A stretch of 63,014 bases of DNA, counting the filler, from Octopus bimaculoides (Eukaryota), in NCBI RefSeq assembly GCF_001194135.2. It is 7 parts of 6 records of this genome, joined end to end, with 100 filler letters (N's around TTAATTAATTAA, not from the genome) between each part and the next. Parts side by side here need not be neighbours in the genome. Positions count along the whole stretch, not along the records: positions 6,082 to 13,149 come from NC_069002.1; positions 13,250 to 22,265 come from NC_068993.1; positions 22,366 to 32,809 come from NC_068988.1; 4 more parts are not named here. One strand, given 5' to 3'. The first letter of the stretch is position 1. Each line of letters opens with the position of its first letter. The position numbers and the translations under genes are program-made. Of this stretch, positions 12,596 to 26,019 are shown one piece after another. The notes beneath the pieces are model-generated. The model made no database searches and was not told the origin of the DNA. It saw only the letters and a program-made list of their open reading frames with translations.

Positions 12596-13193
12596 TGCAT
12601 ATGTGTACATACACACACACATAAATATATACATATATATATGTATATAACTTTTCCTCTTCATTCTGTTTAGTACTATATATATATATATTTTTATATA
12701 TGACGTTGACCACTAACGTGGACATTCAATGTGCTAGAAATAGATCACATCTTGTGTCTAAAAAGACCTAAATTGTTCTCAACGTGACATATAGCGTGAT
12801 ACCAAAACGTAAGCGGGCAAGACATTTAAAAAAAACCGAAAAGGAACATTATTAAACAGGGACCGGTTTCGAATTTTAACAATCTTACCGACTGTCTATT
12901 TCTCATCAGCTTGATTTGTAATGGAACCATAATCATCAGAATCCTATACAAAGTTGCCCACCACCATAGGTGCGCGTGTATATGGTTCTGCTAATTACAG
13001 CTTAATGGTATAATTCAAAAGTCTTCGTTTTGGCGCGCTAATTCCAGGAATATGTCTGCAGAGAATATTTACTGCGTCGCATATATCCAGTATGAGAACT
13101 CGGTAAGGGTTAATATATTATTTAAAAAATGGCAAAAAATCATATATATNNNNNNNNNNNNNNNNNNNNNNNNNNNNNNNNNNNNNNNNNNNN

Positions 13194-13205
13194 TTAATTA
13201 ATTAA
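13194..13205. other. Assembly gap linker TTAATTAATTAA
   Basis: 44 N on each side. Confidence 0.95.
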
Positions 13206-14497
13206 NNNNNNNNNNNNNNNNNNNNNNNNNNNNNNNNNNNNNNNNNNNNCATACATACATACATACATACATAGGCTTCTCAAAACCAGAAAGGAAAAAG
13301 CTAATTTGAAGACTACAGATCTAATCCATCACTGGAACTGTAAAAATCTGTAACAATTTCCAGAAGTTTGTCATTTAAATACTATATGCATAAGAGTACA
13401 TACATAAAGCAGCACATATACATCTGCACATATACATACATACAAACAAAAATACCCTGATGTTGTTTAAATTCCAATGAAGACGCATTCAATGTAGGTT
13501 AGAAACCAGATCTTTCTCTTGTGGTAAGGAATCTTGAAATAAAACTGAACAATAACATACATAATGCATACATACATACATACATACATACATACATACA
13601 TACATACATACATAATACAAGCATATATCTATACGTACATACATACACCTCTAACGTAGTATTTACTCCAGCGGATATGGTAACGAAACTTTCTGCGACG
13701 TATCCTTACTTTCATGCCCTTTTGCTCGGTTCCTTCTGTAGGGCAGAGATATGTTATGTATCTTTGGTATTTGGATATCATTAGCAGTTCAATCTATTTT
13801 TACTGCTTCCATTTCAATGTACCTTAACCTGGCTTGCCTAATCCCTACGACAGATGAGAACACAAACAATTTTACATCATCGCTTGCGATGCGTCTTGTG
13901 TTTCTATGGCCCATGATCAGTATCACACATGTATAATAAATCCAGGAATACGTGTGATAAATTCAGATTCTATCTTGGTTCCGTCTTCAATTTTATAAGC
14001 ACAAATGATAATTCCTTAGTTTTCGTTTTTTTTTTTTTTTACTGAGAATATTTCTCCCGATACATCTCAGAAGTTGTTATTCTACCTAAAATAACAGAGG
14101 AATGAGTTTGCTCCTGTCTTCTCCTAAGCAGAGATATAAAAAAATAAAAAAAAATATTTTATGCACTCCAATTCTACTTCGCGCATTTTCACCTATCTCG
14201 GGAGGGTCTTTGAAACGTAAGACCCACGATAATCAAGGGATCACAGTCAAATTTAATGAGACAAAAATCAATTTTTGTGCTGATGATCCTCGAGTTTCGA
14301 GGGCAGGCCTTACTTAGGCTAATATAATTCTTACTAGAACTTTATCCATTGAAAATCTATTTCTGTAATACGTGGGCAGATTGTGTACCGGAGATAAGGA
14401 AAATTCCAGTTACATTCTTGAAGGCCTGTTTTTAACAGGTAAGAAGCACTTGGCGCGTGTTTGTGTCTATATATATGCATGTATGTGCGCACGTCTG

Positions 14498-14499
<2 letters not shown>

Positions 14500-14560
<61 letters not shown>
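14500..14560. repeat. (TG)n microsatellite
   Basis: Direct read. Confidence 0.95.
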
Positions 14561-14562
<2 letters not shown>

Positions 14563-15577
14563 CGTGTGTGCATAGTAGAAAGACTTGTAGAATGTGAAGG
14601 AATTGTTTTCAGTGAGATGTGATTAGTCTATGCAGTGAAAAGCCTTTCTGACCTCGAACTGCAACACAACACAACAAGAAATAACCTGATGACCTCACCT
14701 AGGATGTTGGAGGATATTTAACTATGCTATTCCTAATGAGTGGTAGATAGCAAATATTATATGTATTATAGTTTTATGATATCCAAATTAATAAAGATAG
14801 TTTTGATGCATATGAATCTCTAACTTACATGTTTAATGTTCGTAAGCCATTTATATTACATTCCATTAATTTGATATACATCACCACTAGGCTGAGATAC
14901 ACATCATAATGACATCGTGTTGTGAATTTTATTTCTGTATGAGGTGACTGAAATCATGTAATACGTAAGGGGTTTGACAGTTTTTCGTCTCCATTTAGGA
15001 TTGTCCGTGTATTGATTTAGGTATTACTCTGTATAATGCGTTGTAATTTGGTTGATTATTGAGGAGTTAGAATGACATGAAATGTATACGCTCATCGAAA
15101 AACTCAGACATTTATTCTCAATTATCTATCAGTGACAGAAGGGTTTAGTGTTTCATACCATTTAATTCGCACTTCTGGGCATTAAAATGCCCATCATTTA
15201 TTGAACATCAAATAACTGATGGAATTTTGATCAGAACATAGATATTTAATTTGGCAATTTTACTGGTATTTTAACACGAAAAGAACGTCGTTTCGAATAA
15301 ATTTTCGAAAATTTAATTAAATTTTTATGTCTCAAATATTGATTTTGTATCTATATCAACGAATCCGTTGAAAGAAGTTCAATATAGATAATAATATTAA
15401 ACATACTAAGCTTTAATTTGTATAACATTTGTATATTAATATAGCTACAAAATAATCGCTTCGGGATAACGAAATTAAAGTGTTCCACATGTTATAACAT
15501 ATAATTCATTTAACTTTCAGATAACATAAGAAATGGGTCAAAAGTGAACGCAGTCTAAATGAGTACAACATTAATTA

Positions 15578-16200
15578 TACAAGCTGCATTCCAGAACATT
15601 TGAGACGTTTTTCAGGAGAGACTTTTCTTAATTTCCGAGAAGTGCAAAGCTCTAATCTTCTTTAAAATAGGAACGTCTGACGTTAGTGCATGCACTTGTT
15701 TTAGCGCTCCAAGCACTTCATGAAGACCCGATGGATGCCCTTCAAAGTGAAGGGATCATTCAAGGTCCCTTGGCACAGCGTCATTCATTTTTACGATGTC
15801 TTCTAAATGACTGTCTGTGACGTTATCAGTTAGCTTAACCAACGAACTAAAGTCATAGGAAGCAAGTACTTCCTACGACTTCCAAGACGGTAGAGAAAGC
15901 GAGGGACAATTTTACTGCTAATATCACTCGAGCAGTTTGTTACTAGGTTGAAATTATAGAGAAGTGCATTGCCCCGGTACAGGTACCACAGACCCTGGAA
16001 GAAGAGATCTAGGCTTCTTCGGCGAAATCTCTTTCTAAACCTTCTCAAAACTCCCACATGGTTATCTATATCTACCTGTATCCAGAAGGATACCAATAAA
16101 GGTAGACGATGCCCTTGCTGTTGAAAAAGAAGAAAATCTTGACATTCCAGTGAACTTACTTTGTATGGTGTTTCATACACGTAATAGTAAATGTACAACC
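15578..16200 (-). mobile_element. Decayed mariner (Tc1/mariner) transposon, 3' portion with one terminal inverted repeat
   Basis: Frameshifted minus-strand translation FFNSKGIVYLYWYPSG / VLRRFRKRFRRRSLDLFFQGLWYLYRGNA / LASYDF / KCLER*NKC / SYFKED* follows the mariner C-terminal consensus (FFDSKGIV, W.LH.DNA, DLAP.DF, YFEGD*). A TA-flanked TIR-like end, TA-CAAGCTGCATTCCAGAACATTTGAGAC, lies at 15578. Confidence 0.8.
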
Positions 16201-16313
16201 TGGACTTAAATGATATCGGTTAGATGTGAAAGCAAACCAAAACTAATCGAGAGCATCCTATATAATATACGTATATGTTGCTAATAAAACGGACTTAATG
16301 TGTGTCATAATTT

Positions 16314-16520
16314 AAGGCGGCGAGCTGCCAGAATCGTTAAGCATGGTGAAATTCTTAGTAGTATTTCTTCTGTCTTTATGTTCTGAGTTCAAATACCACC
16401 GAGGTAGGCTTTGCCTTTCATCCTTTCGGGGGTCGATAAATTAAGTTGTTGGGGTCGATCTAATTGACTTGTACCCTCCCTCAAAATTTCGGGCCTTGTG
16501 CCTAGAGTAGAAAAGAATAT
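16314..16520 (+). mobile_element. tRNA-derived SINE (family B)
   Basis: AAGGCGGCGAGCTGCCAGAATCG head, GAGTTCAAAT B-box and GGGCCTTGTGCCTAGAGTAGAAAAGAATAT tail. Confidence 0.9.
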
Positions 16521-17196
16521 TTGTCATGATTTAGCAAATACCAAATCTTTATTTTAGTGAGCATTAAGATATAAGATGAAATGCAAAAGATATACGGTGC
16601 AAAGAAGGCAATATATGTCATTGACAAATACACATGTGCGACAAAGAAAACATTCTATATGGTACAGGATTTTACATGTTATTTTAACATAGACTTCACA
16701 GTATCAGCAAAAGTGAAGTGAAAATAACTCCGCGAATATACAAGAATGTACACTTGCAGTCATAGACAAATTGAAATGTCATGGAAAACAAATCACCTTC
16801 AGAGACTGCATTAAAACCAAAGCCTATTTTTTTTTAATTATTATTAATGAGCTTAGTTTTAATCACATATCAAAATGTCATCGCGAATATTTAATTTCTT
16901 GGCCACTTTTGAGACTCCTAGATTAAATTTATGCAAACTAATTTAGCTATTGTTTTGTGAGGTAGATGGTGTGTATGCCTATCATATTCTCCGATAATTT
17001 TCTAAATGTAAATTTACTGAAAAATATATAATTATGTGTGTGTGCGTATGTGTGCGTATGTGTGTATGTGCGTATGTATGTATGTATGTATGTATGTATA
17101 TATATATGTATATATATGTATACCCTCACACAAACATGCATATATATACGAATATATGTGCGTATAATAATATGTATGTGTATGTATGTATATACA

Positions 17197-17269
<73 letters not shown>

Positions 17270-19140
17270 TTATATATANNNNNNNNNNNNNNNNNNNNNN
17301 NNNNNNNNNNNNNNNNNNNNNNNNNNNNNNNNNNNNNNNNNNNNNNNNNNNNNNNNNNNNNNNNNNNNNNNNNNNNNNNNNNNNNNNNNNNNNNNNNNNN
17401 NNNNNNNNNNNNNNNNNNNNNNNNNNNNNNNNNNNNNNNNNNNNNNNNNNNNNNNNNNNNNNNNNNNNNNNNNNNNNNNNNNNNNNNNNNNNNNNNNNNN
17501 NNNNNNNNNNNNNNNNNNNNNNNNNNNNNNNNNNNNNNNNNNNNNNNNNNNNNNNNNNNNNNNNNNNNNNNNNNNNNNNNNNNNNNNNNNNNNNNNNNNN
17601 NNNNNNNNNNNNNNNNNNNNNNNNNNNNNNNNNNNNNNNNNNNNNNNNNNNNNNNNNNNNNNNNNNNNNNNNNNNNNNNNNNTATATATATACATATATA
17701 CATATATACATATATATATATAATGTTTCATTTCCTCATTGTCTCCTATTTTTATTTCACCTTCCAATGCAGAGCTGTGCTTTTGTATTTAAGCGACTTA
17801 GGCGATTGGTGCATATATTGTTTCCGTGCATGATACATAACGGTTACTGCAACGACGTTATGTTATATATAAGTCAAGTGTCTATCATTATTGAATATAA
17901 AATCTAGAAATTTGATGTCCGCTTTCGTATAAACACTGTCTCTCTCTCTCTCTCTCTCTCACTTACAGTCTCTCCCCCCACTCTCTCTATCTCTTTATCT
18001 ATCTATCTCTCTCACACAAAGTACTATTCAGTCGACTATAGAACAAGTCATTTCCTGGTCATTACGTGAAAAGAACATCGAGTGAGCCATCATCCGGAGT
18101 AACCAACAGTTCAAGTAACAAGGAAGTTAGGGTCGTGAATATTGTGGTTATGTTTCGATAGTCATAAATCAATGTCCAATCTATGCCCTAAACTCTAGGC
18201 ATCACGCTTTAAAATTGTTATTGTCAAAGTGTCTGCTAACAAAAAAAAAAAAAGAAAAAAAAAGAAAAGAGAGAGAAAAGAAAATCAAGGAAGCGTTACC
18301 ATAACTACTAAACATTATGAGATCCATTGCGAAGCGAATATTATACCAATATAGACTTATAACAAAAATGCATCAAGGCATAAATGTCCATGGCATTAGT
18401 TTGATTGGATAAGTTATTGATTGATAATATTGTCCTCTTGTTAGTTCCATTTGAATTAAAAGAATTAATGGGTATCCATATAGCACTCATCTCATGTACA
18501 AATACATGAATATAATATATATATATGCATATAAACCAACAAATATANNNNNNNNNNNNNNNNNNNNNNNNNNNNNNNNNNNNNNNNNNNNNNNNNNNNN
18601 NNNNNNNNNNNNNNNNNNNNNNNNNNNNNNNNNNNNNNNNNNNNNNNNNNNNNNNNNNNNNNNNNNNNNNNNNNNNNNNNNNNNNNNNNNNNNNNNNNNN
18701 NNNNNNNNNNNNNNNNNNNNNNNNNNNNNNNNNNNNNNNNNNNNNNNNNNNNNNNNNNNNNNNNNNNNNNNNNNNNNNNNNNNNNNNNNNNNNNNNNNNN
18801 NNNNNNNNNNNNNNNNNNNNNNNNNNNNNNNNNNNNNNNNNNNNNNNNNNNNNNNNNNNNNNNNNNNNNNNNNNNNNNNNNNNNNNNNNNNNNNNNNNNN
18901 NNNNNNNNNNNNNNNNNNNNNNNNNNNNNNNNNNNNNNNNNNNNNNNNNNNNNNNNNNNNNNNNNNNNNNNNNNNNNNNNNNNNNNNNNNNNNNNNNNNN
19001 NNNNNNNNNNNNNNNNNNNNNNNNNNNNNNNNNNNNNNNNNNNNNNNNNNNNNNNNNNNNNNNNNNNNNNNNNNNNNNNNNNNNNNNNNNNNNNNNNNNN
19101 NNNNNNNNNNNNNNNNNNNNNNNNNNNNNNNNNNNNNNNN

Positions 19141-19224
<84 letters not shown>

Positions 19225-19270
19225 GAGAGATAGAGAGTGTGTGTGTGAGAGAGAGAGAGAGGGAGAGAGA
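19141..19270. repeat. (TA)n-(GA)n compound microsatellite
   Basis: Direct read after the N-run. Confidence 0.95.
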
Positions 19271-20399
19271 GATATGTTTGAATGTGCATATATGTATTTA
19301 CATAAATGTACATGTATGTATATAGATTTATGCACCCACGTACGCACACACACACACACTCACACACACACACACACACACAGCATACAGACGCACACAC
19401 ATATGTAATATATTTCAGCTGAATGATATGAGCGATGTTAGTAACTATGCATTATTATTCTTGGTGGCCGTATGCAAGCATGTGGGCGAACGCTCCCGTT
19501 GTGTAATATACGTAGAACATTGAAACTCGATGAAAATTTACAAGATTAATACGGTATATGCTTTGTTGAATGAATCGCTTCTATATCTCTAGTAATATAT
19601 ACATTCTAACTTCAATGAGAAAAGTCTTGAACAATATGATGAGCAATAGGCGTCTACATGTAATTCAAATTTATTTTAAACTTAAACGCGGAACAAATTC
19701 ATAGATAAGTAGTAACAGGATGTTTAAAGAAATAACATACACATTTCCATTGAAAGAGAACTTCGTATCAATTACAACCTTGTCAGACTGATGAAAGATA
19801 TAATTACATTTATTTTTCTAATCTATTTCATTACAGTATCAATTAAAATGATGTGTCGCATTTACTTTATATCCTTAAATGAAAAACGCAATTGTTTCGT
19901 CTGATGACAACGCTAAACATCATTATTTAGAAACCGGCTGACATAAGGATGTAATTGTATCATTAGCCATGATATTAATATCTGATGAGTATGAAATAAA
20001 TAGGAAAGTATTAATGCATCCTCCACAGTGCAGTAACTGGTTGGAATTTCTCTCATGACCGCCATCATCGTAATTGTTATTAATATTCAGGCAAATAGTA
20101 AGGTATTGGACTAATATACATCGATATCACGAACTAATATCAATATTATGCGTCACTGAAGCGGTGAAGTCGCAGAACCACTAAAGAAATGTAATTCCAG
20201 CTGCATAAGACTGTATAACAAGTTCAAGTATGGTTCAAATATGTATTTATATGACAATACTTCATCCCTGCCGCCAGACGTGAAATAATTTTCTTCCATG
20301 ATTTTCGATAAAATCATTCTGCATGTCGCAACAGGTGGAACTCGAGGACATAATTAACGTATCATATATAAATAATCCTAACTACTATAAGAGTAGTCT

Positions 20400-20540
20400 A
20401 GTCAGTTACATCGAACTAAGTCAACGACTGCTACTTATTTCATCGTCCACGAAAGGGAGTAAGACCATGACGACCTCTGGCGGATTTTAAATCAGAATCT
20501 GAAATCGAAAGATATAACGCTATATGCAAAAGAGACTAAT
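20400..20540 (-). mobile_element. Old degenerate SINE family B fragment
   Basis: TACTTATTTTCATCGTCCACGAAAGG...GACCTCTGGCGGATTTTAAATCAGAA resembles the antisense family B body at 59590-59670. Confidence 0.5.
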
Positions 20541-20689
20541 ACATTATTGTAACTAATGAATTTATATACAATTATAAATATTTAGGGGTGAAAACAGTAT
20601 TCGTACAGAACAAAAATAACCGATAATCCTGGAGTCGTCCCAACTTACAACCTCTATTCTATGTTGTTAGACTTTTCATTTTACATCGT

Positions 20690-20823
20690 CTTTTACTTGT
20701 TTCAGTCATTTGCCTTCGGCCATGTTCGGTGGGTGTGCGGATGCCTTGAATGGTTTTAGTCGAACGAATCAATCCCGGGACATATTCTTTATTCAATCGG
20801 GTTTTTTTTTGCCGAACTGCTAG
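20690..20823 (-). mobile_element. SINE family A 3' tail fragment (variant)
   Basis: CTTTTACTTGTTTCAGTCATTTG...CGGCCATG...GCCGAACTGCTAG is the reverse complement of the family A tail. Confidence 0.75.
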
Positions 20824-20883
20824 GACAAGGACAAGGACACAAAAACAAATACATAGATATATACATATGTCTAGATATATATT

Positions 20884-21018
20884 CTCTCTTTTACTCGTTT
20901 CAGTCATTTGACTGCGGCCATGCTGGAGCACCGTCTTTAGTCGAGCAAATTGACCCGAGAGCTTATTCTTTGTAAGCCTAGTACTTATTCTATCAGTCCA
21001 TTTTGCCGAACCGCTAAG
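20884..21018 (-). mobile_element. SINE family A 3' tail fragment abutting a LINE 5' end
   Basis: Near-exact reverse complement of 55615-55750. Confidence 0.9.
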
Positions 21019-22210
21019 GTTGAACACAACATCTTGTTAAAAAAGCTCTCCAGCATTGGAGTGCAAGGGAGGCTTCTAAAGTAGTGTAAATTCTTTCTGG
21101 TGAGCAGAACGCAGCATGTGGTGATCAATGGTGTTCGACCAAGCACAGCAAATGTCATCAGTGGTGTCTCACAAGGCAGTGTGTTAGGCTCACCCCTGTT
21201 CCTTATCTTCATGAATGACGTCATCATGGTCATTAAATACAGTAACATAAACATTTTCGCGGATGACTCTAAGCTTCTGCAGGCTGTCGACAGAATGGTA
21301 AACCGGAAAAATCTTCAATGGGACCTAGTCGCTGTTATCCAATGGGCGCAGAAACATAACATGCAACTGAACGAGAACAGTTTGAGTTAATCCAATTTGG
21401 TAAAAAGGCTGCACTTAAACAACCATATATTCTTCGTTCAGGCGTGCACATCAGGGCATCAAACACCGCTAGGGACCTCGGTGTGACTGTCGACGATAAC
21501 TTAAGTTGGAGTGTCCACATAAACAAGAAAGTTGACATGGCCCGCAGGGCGTGTTCATGGACCCCCAGAACTTTCCAGTCCAGAAATGATGCAAACATTA
21601 TCCTTCTTTTTTCTACCTTCGCCCGACCTCACCTTGAATACTGTTGTCCGCTATGGTCTCCCTACACAAGCCAGAATATTAAAAAGCTTGAAGCACCCCA
21701 GAGGTCAATTGAAAAAAATTGATGGCATGCCTGGTCTTAATTACTGGGAACGACTGGCGAATCTCAAACTGTATTCTCTCCAGCTTTATCAATCGTATGA
21801 TGTGGAACTTGTTCCGACAGTATTGCCCATATGATATCGGTATCACTTTAAAAATCCACCCAAGGCTTGGTCTCCGTGCCGTGCGTTCGGTACAGAAATC
21901 GTGCACTCAGATCATCACAACACTAAGACAGCACTACTTCTCCTCAACTGGACCTGCTCTGTTTCACGTCATTCCAAAATATATAGAGGAGGAAAAAGAT
22001 TTCATAACCTTCAAAGAATTCCTGGATGAATACATCCAACAAATTCCAGATAAACCACCTACACCCGGATATGCTTCTGCAAACAACAACTCTTTAATCG
22101 AATGGGAAATGGTGCCTAAAAATAACTATACAAAAAGACTTTACTAAATGTCTTTTCCAGGTGTTGCAATTAAGTTAGCTACGGCCTGGGATAATGTGGC
22201 CGAAACGTAT
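21019..22210 (+). mobile_element. 5'-truncated non-LTR retrotransposon (CR1/L2-group) RT remnant with 3' end
   Basis: VEHNILLKKL...SGVSQGSVLGSPLFLIFMND...IFADDSKL...RDLGVTVDDNLSW..H...RPHLEYCCPLWSP...LDEYIQQIPDKPPTPGY. In-frame TAG at 21082 and at least two frameshifts; followed by (TA)n. Confidence 0.92.
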
Positions 22211-22309
22211 TTCAGTATATATATAATAGTATAAATATATGTATATATGTATGTATATATATATANNNNNNNNNNNNNNNNNNNNNNNNNNNNNNNNNNN
22301 NNNNNNNNN

Positions 22310-22321
22310 TTAATTAATTAA
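22310..22321. other. Assembly gap linker TTAATTAATTAA
   Basis: 44 N on each side. Confidence 0.95.
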
Positions 22322-22365
22322 NNNNNNNNNNNNNNNNNNNNNNNNNNNNNNNNNNNNNNNNNNNN

Positions 22366-22402
<37 letters not shown>

Positions 22403-22569
22403 AAGAGAGAGAAATAGAGAGAGGGAGAAAGATATACATTTATATATATACACATATACATCCTCCTATCACACACCTACACCGGCACATATACAAACAT
22501 ATGCATATTCATATAAATGAAGGAGACGTGTGCATGAAAATCGCACCAATGGCATCGGTCATTTTTTAT

Positions 22570-22956
22570 GAGGCTCTTATTTATGAAGCCACCGTAAATT
22601 CTACGAACGCTAATAAAACTGTTTCATCAAAGAGATATGCGGGTATTACAGAGCGAAATTTTAAAGCAAGATTCAACAATTACACCTTAAGCTTCAGACA
22701 CGGGAATAAACGAAAAACTACCACATTATCCAGTTATATAAGGTTCTTAAAAGAACAAGGTATTAGCTATAGGATTTACTGGAAGGTCTTAGCCAAGTGT
22801 AAACCTTATACCAACGGTAGTGGCAAGTGCGGTCTTTGTAATATGGAAAGATGGCTCAACTAGAAAAGTTTCTTGGACCCCGCTACACGTCTAAATTCAA
22901 GAACTGAACCTTTTGGATCATGTACACACGTGACAAAATACCTGTTACGGTTTTGA
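22570..22956 (+). pseudogene. PLE (Naiad-type) GIY-YIG endonuclease remnant
   Basis: ALIYEATV...RYAGITERNFKARFNNYTLSF...TTLSSYI...WKVLAKCKPY...KCGLCNME, then a frameshift to EKM...RLNSRTEPFGSCTHVTKYLL*. Confidence 0.88.
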
Positions 22957-23308
22957 GGCCTGCAAGATCACGGCTATAATCCACATTTTTACAATGTTTC
23001 TGCAGAAGCTTCTCACATGTCTTAACTTCTTTAAATTTTTTTAAATATTTTTCTTTTTTCTCTTTTCCTTTTTAATTGTGTGAATGTGTACCTGTGTGCG
23101 TTTATGTATGTATATATTTTATATGTATATGTGTATGAGTATGTATATATGTGTAAGTGTATATGTATGTATATGAGTGTAAGACTGTGTCTGGTGCATT
23201 AGTGCGACTTTCATGCACACGTCCCCTTCATTTATACGGATATGTTTGTATATGTGCGGGTGTAGATGTGTGATAGGAGGATATATATATATATACATGT
23301 ATATATAA

Positions 23309-23349
<41 letters not shown>

Positions 23350-24281
23350 NNNNNNNNNNNNNNNNNNNNNNNNNNNNNNNNNNNNNNNNNNNNNNNNNNN
23401 NNNNNNNNNNNNNNNNNNNNNNNNNNNNNNNNNNNNNNNNNNNNNNNNNNNNNNNNNNNNNNNNNNNNNNNNNNNNNNNNNNNNNNNNNNNNNNNNNNNN
23501 NNNNNNNNNNNNNNNNNNNNNNNNNNNNNNNNNNNNNNNNNNNNNNNNNNNNNNNNNNNNNNNNNNNNNNNNNNNNNNNNNNNNNNNNNNNNNNNNNNNN
23601 NNNNNNNNNNNNNNNNNNNNNNNNNNNNNNNNNNNNNNNNNNNNNNNNNNNNNNNNNNNNNNNNNNNNNNNNNNNNNNNNNNNNNNNNNNNNNNNNNNNN
23701 NNNNNNNNNNNNNNNNNNNNNNNNNNNNNNNNNNNNNNNNNNNNNNNNNNNNNNNNNNNNNNNNNNNNNNNNNNNNNNNNNNNNNNNNNNNNNNNNNNNN
23801 NNNNNNNNNNNNNNNNNNNNNNNNNNNNNNNNNNNNNNNNNNNNNNNNNNNNNNNNNNNNNNNNNNNNNNNNNNNNNNNNNNNNNNNNNNNNNNNNNNNN
23901 NNNNNNNNNNNNNNNNNNNNNNNNNNNNNNNNNNNNNNNNNNNNNNNNNNNNNNNNNNNNNNNNNNNNNNNNNNNNNNNNNNNNNNNNNNNNNNNNNNNN
24001 NNNNNNNNNNNNNNNNNNNNNNNNNNNNNNNNNNNNNNNNNNNNNNNNNNNNNNNNNNNNNNNNNNNNNNNNNNNNNNNNNNNNNNNNNNNNNNNNNNNN
24101 NNNNNNNNNNNNNNNNNNNNNNNNNNNNNNNNNNNNNNNNNNNNNNNNNNNNNNNNNNNNNNNNNNNNNNNNNNNNNNNNNNNNNNNNNNNNNNNNNNNN
24201 NNNNNNNNNNNNGTGTGTGTGTATGTATGTATGTATACATGCATATATGGGTACAAGACATGGAATCCAAACATGAACAAT

Positions 24282-24350
24282 CAAGAAAAAACAACAACGT
24301 GAGGACGTGGGATAAATAGTGTTATTGAACGCTCAAGAACGAAAAGAAGA
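24282..24350 (-). repeat. Second fragment of the 2405-2600 repeat family
   Basis: CAAGAAAAAACAACAACGTGAGGACGTG...GAACGCTCAAG aligns to 2433-2495. Confidence 0.6.
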
Positions 24351-24417
24351 CGTCACCAACAGTAAACAACATGAATATAAATATATTTACATAATATATT
24401 TTAATATGAGTGTGTGT

Positions 24418-24700
24418 GAGGGTAGATGGCTTACTGGTTAGGGTGTTGTTCTCGTGATCTAGAGATTGTGATTTTAATTCCTAAACTGCGTGGTGTGTTG
24501 CATTTTTGAGCAAAAAACTTCATCCCACGTTGCTCTGCGATTACATCGACATCTGACGCGTGGTAGATCGTGCACCTATTCAGACCACGTCGATTTGATA
24601 GAGAGAGTGAGCTAATGTGCGTCACGAGCATTTGATCACTATAAACAAGTCATTTGTGCAGGTCATTCGCTAAAAGCTGAGCCCATATGTTTCCTTCGAC
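24418..24700 (+). mobile_element. tRNA-derived SINE (family C)
   Basis: A-box TGGCTTACTGG at 24427, degenerate B-box GATTTTAATTCC, and core TTTTGAGCAAAAAACTTCATCCCACGTTGCTC. Confidence 0.7.
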
Positions 24701-24731
24701 ATAATGTACGTATGCATGTACATTAGCATTG

Positions 24732-24783
<52 letters not shown>

Positions 24784-26019
24784 TTATATATATGATAAAA
24801 CTTTAGATTTGAAATTTAAAATTTAGCATCGAAACTGTATTTTAGGTATGTCTCTAGTAATGTGCCAGCAGAGCACGTTCACCTCTCTGACAACAATTTC
24901 TATTTTTGAATTCCACACAAAATAGACGGACAGAAATTTCTATTGTTTGTTCTTATAAGCTTATATTTCATCCACCCATTCCACATACTTTTACCGTTTT
25001 TGCTTTCAATACTGCACTGCTTGAGATAACTGTTTCTCTCGGCTTTCTCTATTCTTGCCAATGTCACATTCATCGCAATAACATAACATTTAAAATACAT
25101 CAGCAAATTCTGTACAGTCATCATTTTTAGATGTTGAACAAATTTGAATTTTCTCATTGGTAACTCTTTTTGAATCTTTACTTGATGCTAGACGTTAGCA
25201 AAAGTCAATCAATATAAAACGCTGTCTAGAAATTCTTAAGCACACAGGATACTAATATGATTTCTGTTAAAGAATCAGGAAACTTTTCAGCTAAACTTCA
25301 ACACTACCATTCATCGTCATTATCAAACTAAATTTTATGTTTATTTGGCTGATTTTTCTATTTGTTTGTTTTTCTTGTTTCTTTTTCGTTTGCCTCCAGA
25401 TAATGATGCCAAAATAATTTTGCGAAATTACTTCTCATTTGTATGCCATAACTTTGGTAAAGTTTCATTGTCCAGTTAACTTTAATCATCTCATTCGACA
25501 TTTTTACCACACCCCATCCTTGGACTATCATCTTTAAAAAATTCTTTTTATGATCTCAATAATTTAAAAATCTCAATATTCCAGGAAATTGTATGAAAAG
25601 CTAGTAAGATTTATGATATGAAAGAAGAAACAAATGCCAAATCCAAGAGACATTTATTAATGGTCAATGGTTTATCCTCTATCCATTGTTCAGTGTTATA
25701 TCACTAGCAGAGACTTAAAAGGCTCAGTCTTCCTTACTGTGACCAAGATCATAGATAGGTACAAATAATTAATAATAACTTTAACAATTCACTATACGAA
25801 ACATTGTAAACATCATCTCAAGTAGCTAATGATGATGATGATGAAGACATTCTCTGTGCACACTCTGCTCATCTTCTCTTTTCTTAGATGCGTCTTTTCT
25901 CCTTTCTGTTTACTTCGTCATTCCTCTGATCTCTGATTACCACTTCATCGGAGTAAGCTGATGAGTTTCTCCAACAATGATTGGGAAATACGTCTGAACA
26001 CGAAGGTAACTCTTAACGT

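Noticed and set aside
19898-19945. CTGATGA...GAAAC-CGG hammerhead-like spacing
   Set aside because: Stems I and II do not pair convincingly and the cleavage triplet is absent.
22160-22212. GGCC...GGCC-GAAAC-GTA resembling a hammerhead 3' half
   Set aside because: There is no CUGANGA upstream; it is more simply a LINE 3' UTR stem-loop.
25950-25995. CTGATGA...GAAA...GTC
   Set aside because: No stem I, no proper stem III, and the GAAA would be sequestered by TTTC.
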